From: a virus
Taxonomy: Duplodnaviria > Caudoviricetes
Strand: one strand, 5' to 3'
DNA: 34,927 nucleotides
IMG/VR virus record: IMGVR_UViG_3300031965_000099
Span: 1 to 34,927 of that record
Below are positions 30,935 to 34,927 of this stretch, one piece after another (within the stretch, counting starts at the first letter, position 1; the number at the start of each line of letters is the position of its first letter). The notes below the pieces were generated by a model, which was given only the letters and a program-made list of their open reading frames with translations, had not been told where the DNA came from and ran no database searches. Made by a program: the position numbers and the translations under genes.

Positions 30935-33010
30935 TCAATCGATTCCCATGGCACGGGCCTTACGGATGGCTTCGTCGGCGAGCGCCAGGAGGCGCTCGTC
31001 TTCCCGGTCCCTCGCGCGGCGGCGCTCCTCGAGCCGCCGCTCCATCGCGGCGATCTTGTCGGCGACCCACCGCTGCTCTTCGTCCTGCTGGGCGCGCAGC
31101 TCCTCGGAGCGGCGGCGCTGGAACTCCTCGTCGGGTGCCGCGGCCGGCCCGGTCCCGGATGGGCCGGCCGCGGCGGCCGCCTCGGCCGCGGCCTCTAGAC
31201 CAGGGCTCTCGTGCGCGGACGACGGCGACGGGAAGGCGACGACATGGGCGGCGGCCTCACGGCCGGCCGCGAGAATCTGCTCGATCGCCGCTTCGGGCTT
31301 CACCCGACGCTTGAGATCGCGGGCATAGGCCCGCCCCTCGGCGTCGGTCGCCTTCGCGGCCTTGCGCATGGCAATGGCGATCTGCTGGCGGTCGATGCCC
31401 TCGCGCTCGGGCGCGACGGCGCGGCAGACGAACCCGCCGTCCTGGTCGAAGATGTAGACGCCGCCGGCGTCGGCCGGATCGAGCCTGACGCTCACCCGCT
31501 CCCCGACCATCGCGCCGAGTTCGGCGGCGATGAAGATGGTGCCCTCGCAGGCGATCCCCTTTTTCGAGACCACCCGCCAGCCGCCGCCATCGGCGGGCTC
31601 GGCGAGGAGAATGTCGAGCATCCTCTCGTCGTCGATGCGCCGCACTGGCCGGCCGGCGGCGGCCTCGAACGGCGAACGGCCATCGAGGCCCGAATGTGGC
31701 TCACGCTCGTAGACCGTCTCCAGCCACGCGTCGCACGCGCCTTGCAACTCGGCGGCCGAGAGCTGGACCTGGAACGCCTCGGCATCGCCCTCGCCGCGCC
31801 GGGCGGCGAACGACTTGCGCGACCTGAGCGCCTGGGCCTCGGCGACGTTGTGGCCGGCAAAGCCCGGGAGCTGCTCGAAGAGCTGGCGGGTGAGGGTGCC
31901 GAAGAACCGCTCGATGAACGGCTTGCGCTCGGGCGAGAAGGGGGGGAGCTCGTCGTGCTCGACGCCGAGGTCGGCAAGCGCGCGGCGGATGTGACGGCTG
32001 GTGTAGTCGGAGCCCTCGTCGGTGCGGACCGTCTCGGGAACGCCCCAGTCGAGGATCGCGCGCCTGAGGAGCGCGGCGATCGCCACCGCCCGCGAAGTCG
32101 GGACGACGAGGAGCCGGGCGCGGCGGGTGGCGATGTCGATTGCCCCCACGACGGCATGGCGGCCGTCGGTGCAGATCACGTCGGCCGGGGTCGAGTCGAG
32201 TTCCCAGACCTGATTGACGCGGGTGACGCCGGCGGCGGCGTCACCCGCGGCGGGAAGGTATTTCGACCGGTGGCGGTCGGGATCGGCGACGGCCGAGACG
32301 AGGCGCGCGTTGTCCCTAAGCCAGCGCTCGATGAAGCGCTCGACCGTGCGGGGCGCCGGCAGGCGATCGTCCTCGAAGGAGACCCGGAGCGCGCGCATGA
32401 TGGTCTTGGGGCGGACGTGGCCGGGCCGCTCCAAGATGTGGGCGATGATGGCGTCCCGCAGCTCGGGGTCGCGGTCGATCAGGCCGGAGCCCTTGTTCTG
32501 GCCGCCGCGCCGGGGAAGGAGACCAGACCAGCCCGAGGCGCGGAGACGACGTTGCCAGTCGTCGAGCGCCCATCGCCCGACGCGCGGAATCTCACATCGT
32601 GTAGCGGGAGAGACGTCGATTTCGCCGGCCGAGTAGGCGGCGGCGAACGCGCGTTGGTCGTCGAAAAGCACGGTGCCGCCGTGATCGAGACGCCAGCGCT
32701 GGAACGCGGTCACGATGTCCAGCCGGGCGTCGGCCTTGTTCCGCACCGACAGAGGCGGGTTCCAGGCATCGGCAGGCGGGGATTTTGCTGCCGCGTTGGC
32801 GCTTGTCTCCCGCTCGGCGCGCTCCCGCTGGTAGTCGGCTTGCGTCTCGGCGGGAAGCGACGACTCGAGCCACTCCAATCCGTTGCCGCGAGTGCGCGGG
32901 CGACATAGCCAGCCGCGCTTGCGGCCGAACAGAGTGATGGACCGCGCGGATTTCAGAGGCATGCCCGGCCGCCCGACGAGATCAATCGTGGGGTGCCAAT
33001 GCTCGGTCAC
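30935..33010 (-). CDS. MuA-like DDE transposase
   Basis: N-terminal Mu I-alpha-like HTH (PGMP...GW..R.R..G.G.EW..SSLP), WELDST, TDEGSDY, K..IERFF catalytic triad, Y...PHSGL, C-terminal beta barrel; GTG start overlaps the cro stop. Confidence 0.92.
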   Translation of the reverse strand: MTEHWHPTIDLVGRPGMPLKSARSITLFGRKRGWLCRPRTRGNGLEWLESSLPAETQADYQRERAERETSANAAAKSPPADAWNPPLSVRNKADARLDIVTAFQRWRLDHGGTVLFDDQRAFAAAYSAGEIDVSPATRCEIPRVGRWALDDWQRRLRASGWSGLLPRRGGQNKGSGLIDRDPELRDAIIAHILERPGHVRPKTIMRALRVSFEDDRLPAPRTVERFIERWLRDNARLVSAVADPDRHRSKYLPAAGDAAAGVTRVNQVWELDSTPADVICTDGRHAVVGAIDIATRRARLLVVPTSRAVAIAALLRRAILDWGVPETVRTDEGSDYTSRHIRRALADLGVEHDELPPFSPERKPFIERFFGTLTRQLFEQLPGFAGHNVAEAQALRSRKSFAARRGEGDAEAFQVQLSAAELQGACDAWLETVYEREPHSGLDGRSPFEAAAGRPVRRIDDERMLDILLAEPADGGGWRVVSKKGIACEGTIFIAAELGAMVGERVSVRLDPADAGGVYIFDQDGGFVCRAVAPEREGIDRQQIAIAMRKAAKATDAEGRAYARDLKRRVKPEAAIEQILAAGREAAAHVVAFPSPSSAHESPGLEAAAEAAAAAGPSGTGPAAAPDEEFQRRRSEELRAQQDEEQRWVADKIAAMERRLEERRRARDREDERLLALADEAIRKARAMGID

Positions 33011-33231
33011 GCGGCAGCCTCGAACTTCGGCGGCTCGAAGAACCAGCGATCGTCCCACGACAGGCCCCGGCGGAGGGCTTCGGCGCGGATGCGTGTGATG
33101 TGGCTGAGGCGGGGTTCGAGCTGGCCGGTTTCCCAGCGCGAGATCACGCTTTGTGGGACGCCGGCGATCTCTCCGAGCTCCGATTGGCTGACGCCGAGGA
33201 GGTTCGTGCGGAGGTTGCGAATCACATTCAT
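33007..33231 (-). CDS. Cro/Ner-like XRE HTH regulator
   Basis: LGVSQ.EL..IAGV.QS.ISRWE.G..EP; divergent from the repressor. Confidence 0.85.
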   Translation of the reverse strand: MNVIRNLRTNLLGVSQSELGEIAGVPQSVISRWETGQLEPRLSHITRIRAEALRRGLSWDDRWFFEPPKFEAAA

Positions 33232-33322
33232 GCGTCAATTGTATCCCCGAAGGGATGATGGTTACAATACGCCATCCCGCTAGGGATTAGATATTTTTAT
33301 CCCCATCTGCATAATCCCCCGC
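33232..33322. promoter_or_regulatory. Divergent promoters and operators (genetic switch)
   Basis: ATCCC-N4-GGGAT at 33243-33256 and 33274-33287, degenerate copy 33299-33312; minus-strand TTGTAA-18-TACAAT; plus-strand TAGATA-16-CATAAT; AT-rich. Confidence 0.75.
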
Positions 33323-33949
33323 ATGAGGACTGATTTGGTGTTGCGGACGATTAGGGACCGTGCCGGCTGGACCCAAGAGGAATTGGCTGCGCGCCTCGGC
33401 ACGTCGCAGCACAACATCTCTAGGTGGGAGAAGGGGCGGGAACCGAGTGGGCCCGTGCGTGATCAAATCCGCGAACTCGCCACCGAGTATGGTCTCCTGC
33501 CCCCCGAAGGTATCCAGCGCACGGACCTCATTCCGATCATCGGCAAGGTCGGTGCGGGTGGTCTTGTCGAGCCGGCGTATACGGATGAGAGGCCGGAGGG
33601 GCACTCTCAGGTCGAAATCGACGATCTTACCGTGGTGCGGCCTCTCGTTGCGTTCGAGGTGACGGGTGATTCGATGCTGCCGGAGTACGAGAACGGCGAC
33701 GTCATTGTCTGTTTCGAGAGCCAACGGCGCTCGACCGACCAGTACATCAACAAGAAGGCGGTCGTCATGACCGGCGACGGGAAGCGATGGCTCAAACGGA
33801 TCGCGCGGGGCCGTCGACGGGGAACCTACAACCTCGAAAGTTGGAATGCGCTGACGATTGAGAATGTTGAGATCGTCTGGGTCGGAGAAATCTACGCGAC
33901 CTTCGGGCCCGATCACGTGAGGAAGGTCGAACAAGCCGAACCGGCGTGA
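33323..33949 (+). CDS. CI-like repressor, XRE HTH plus S24 autopeptidase
   Basis: WTQEELA.RLG.SQ..ISRWE.G; V.AG cleavage site, GDSM.P catalytic Ser, LKR catalytic Lys. Confidence 0.92.
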   Translation: MRTDLVLRTIRDRAGWTQEELAARLGTSQHNISRWEKGREPSGPVRDQIRELATEYGLLPPEGIQRTDLIPIIGKVGAGGLVEPAYTDERPEGHSQVEIDDLTVVRPLVAFEVTGDSMLPEYENGDVIVCFESQRRSTDQYINKKAVVMTGDGKRWLKRIARGRRRGTYNLESWNALTIENVEIVWVGEIYATFGPDHVRKVEQAEPA

Positions 33950-33969
33950 GCAACCAAGGGGGGATGCAG

Positions 33970-34350
33970 ATGATCAAGGCTGGCACTGCCACCGCGGCCT
34001 GCGCCGCGCTCGCGCTCGGGGCGTGCGCCACACCATCGAACAAGGTTGCCGCGACCTACGTCTCTCCGACGCAATACGAGAGGTGGGACTGCGGGGTGAT
34101 CGGCGAGGAGATGCAGAGGGTGTCGGCCCGCGCCGCCGAGGTCGCTGGGGTGCAGGACCAGGCGGCAACCGGTGACGCTGTGGCGATGGGGGTGGCTCTT
34201 GTCGTCTTCTGGCCTGCCCTGTTCCTCGTCGAAGGGGGCGCCGCAACCGAGGCCGAGCTCGGCAGGCTCAAGGGCCAGATGGACGCCCTGCAGCAGGTCG
34301 CGAGCTCAAAAAGCTGCGGCTTTCAGGTCCAGCAAGCGCCTGCGGGGTAA
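33970..34350 (+). CDS. Lipoprotein (possible superinfection exclusion)
   Basis: Lipobox LGAC; YVSP..Y...DC motif; internal hydrophobic segment VALVVFWPALF; co-oriented with the repressor. Confidence 0.7.
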   Translation: MIKAGTATAACAALALGACATPSNKVAATYVSPTQYERWDCGVIGEEMQRVSARAAEVAGVQDQAATGDAVAMGVALVVFWPALFLVEGGAATEAELGRLKGQMDALQQVASSKSCGFQVQQAPAG

Positions 34351-34355
34351 CCATC

Positions 34356-34481
34356 ATGAGCGACCGACCGCGACCTCCTGCACCACCGCCGCCTCCGGGT
34401 CCTCTGCCGGACGCGGGTGAGCCGCCGCCTCGTCCCACTCCCCCTCCACGGCCGAGCGAGCCGTTCAGGAAGGACGGCTAG
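34356..34481 (+). CDS. Proline-rich 41-aa peptide
   Basis: Manual translation MSDRPRPPAPPPPPGPLPDAGEPPPRPTPPPRPSEPFRKDG; its stop overlaps the convergent gene's stop (CTAG). Confidence 0.4.
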   Translation: MSDRPRPPAPPPPPGPLPDAGEPPPRPTPPPRPSEPFRKDG

Positions 34482-34927
34482 AAGGCGAAATAGGCCGCGA
34501 TCCCGATGAACGGGGCAATCGCGGCAACGATCATCCCGCACGACGTGTAGCTGCCGGCCAACCGCAGCGCCCGGCGGTTGGCGGTGACGCGCCTCTGGAC
34601 ATCGGAGATCACGTGACGCTTCATCCACGTGAGGTCGGCCGCGCTTTCGGCCAACAGGTCCGGCTCATACCCGCCTACATAAAAGTTGGACGGCCTGGCC
34701 GACCACGCACACAGCACGGCGGCGAAGAAGAGTAGCGCCGCGGTGACGAGAAAGGGAGCCGGCAGCGCACCGCCGCCCGGCGCCGCAGCTCCGGCCGCAG
34801 CCAAGAGGGCAACCGCTCCGGCCCCGAAGATCGCGCCTAGGGTCACCCCACGCTGGTCCGACGCCAACGCGAGCTGGATGGTGCCGTCGAGGCAATCGGT
34901 GCCCAGCCGGAGCACCTCGTCGACAGC
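34478..34927 (-). CDS. 3-TM membrane protein (PycTM/DUF5706-like topology), 5'-truncated
   Basis: Frame open to the window edge; D.R-TM1-TM2-ARP-loop-N...-TM3 layout. Confidence 0.6.
   Translation of the reverse strand, partial: AVDEVLRLGTDCLDGTIQLALASDQRGVTLGAIFGAGAVALLAAAGAAAPGGGALPAPFLVTAALLFFAAVLCAWSARPSNFYVGGYEPDLLAESAADLTWMKRHVISDVQRRVTANRRALRLAGSYTSCGMIVAAIAPFIGIAAYFAF

Larger units (their letters stand above)
1..34927. mobile_element. Mu-like (transposable) prophage with HK97-type head and non-contractile tail; both ends outside the window or not recognised
   Basis: Collinear repressor/ner, DDE transposase, AAA ATPase, DUF3164, GemA, Mor, lysis, DUF2730/gp26/DUF3486, gp28 terminase, head and tail genes; no tail sheath gene. 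Confidence 0.93.

Noticed and set aside
33011-33238. N-terminal extension of the transposase in the ORF track
   Set aside because: Overlaps the cro-like gene in another frame; the Mu-type domain starts at GTG 33010
32-33283. Many long plus-strand ORFs (e.g. 1253-3325, 3787-5907, 16615-18168, 21199-22752, 31211-32908)
   Set aside because: Antisense shadows of well-supported minus-strand genes in very GC-rich DNA; no recognisable motifs
33287-33934. 215-aa minus-strand ORF
   Set aside because: Antisense to the clear XRE/S24 repressor
34351-34927. Mu-type left end (TG terminus with transposase-binding repeats)
   Set aside because: No repeated end motifs recognised; the region is occupied by ORFs, so the end probably lies beyond the window
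1-34927. tRNA/rRNA genes
   Set aside because: No cloverleaf with T-loop/D-loop consensus or rRNA-like sequence noticed; intergenic gaps are short

Overview
The whole window reads as the interior of a very GC-rich transposable (Mu-like) prophage with a siphovirus-type tail. The host is probably an alphaproteobacterium, inferred from a GcrA-like gene, a GH108 endolysin with a GTA-type 3TM holin, and REP-like repeats. Almost all genes lie on the minus strand. From right to left: accessory membrane and lipoprotein genes; a lambda-like XRE/S24 repressor divergent from a Cro/Ner-like gene, with ATCCC-N4-GGGAT operators; MuA-like DDE transposase; MuB-like ATPase; DUF3164; a GcrA-like protein; many small early genes; an MT-A70 adenine methyltransferase; GemA; a Mor/C activator; lysis genes; Mu gp25/26/27-like genes and gp28-like terminase. 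The head module is HK97-type rather than Mu-type (portal fused to a gpF-like domain, S78 protease, HK97 capsid). It is followed by neck genes, tail tube, a G/GT chaperone with a -1 frameshift, tape measure, tail tip and fibre genes. Neither prophage end was identified. The least expected sequence-level features are a duplicated 34-bp late-promoter element whose dyad half-site matches six dispersed heptamer arrays, and several families of small palindromic repeats lying in-frame in virion and lysis genes. All family assignments come from motif recognition by eye, not database searches.
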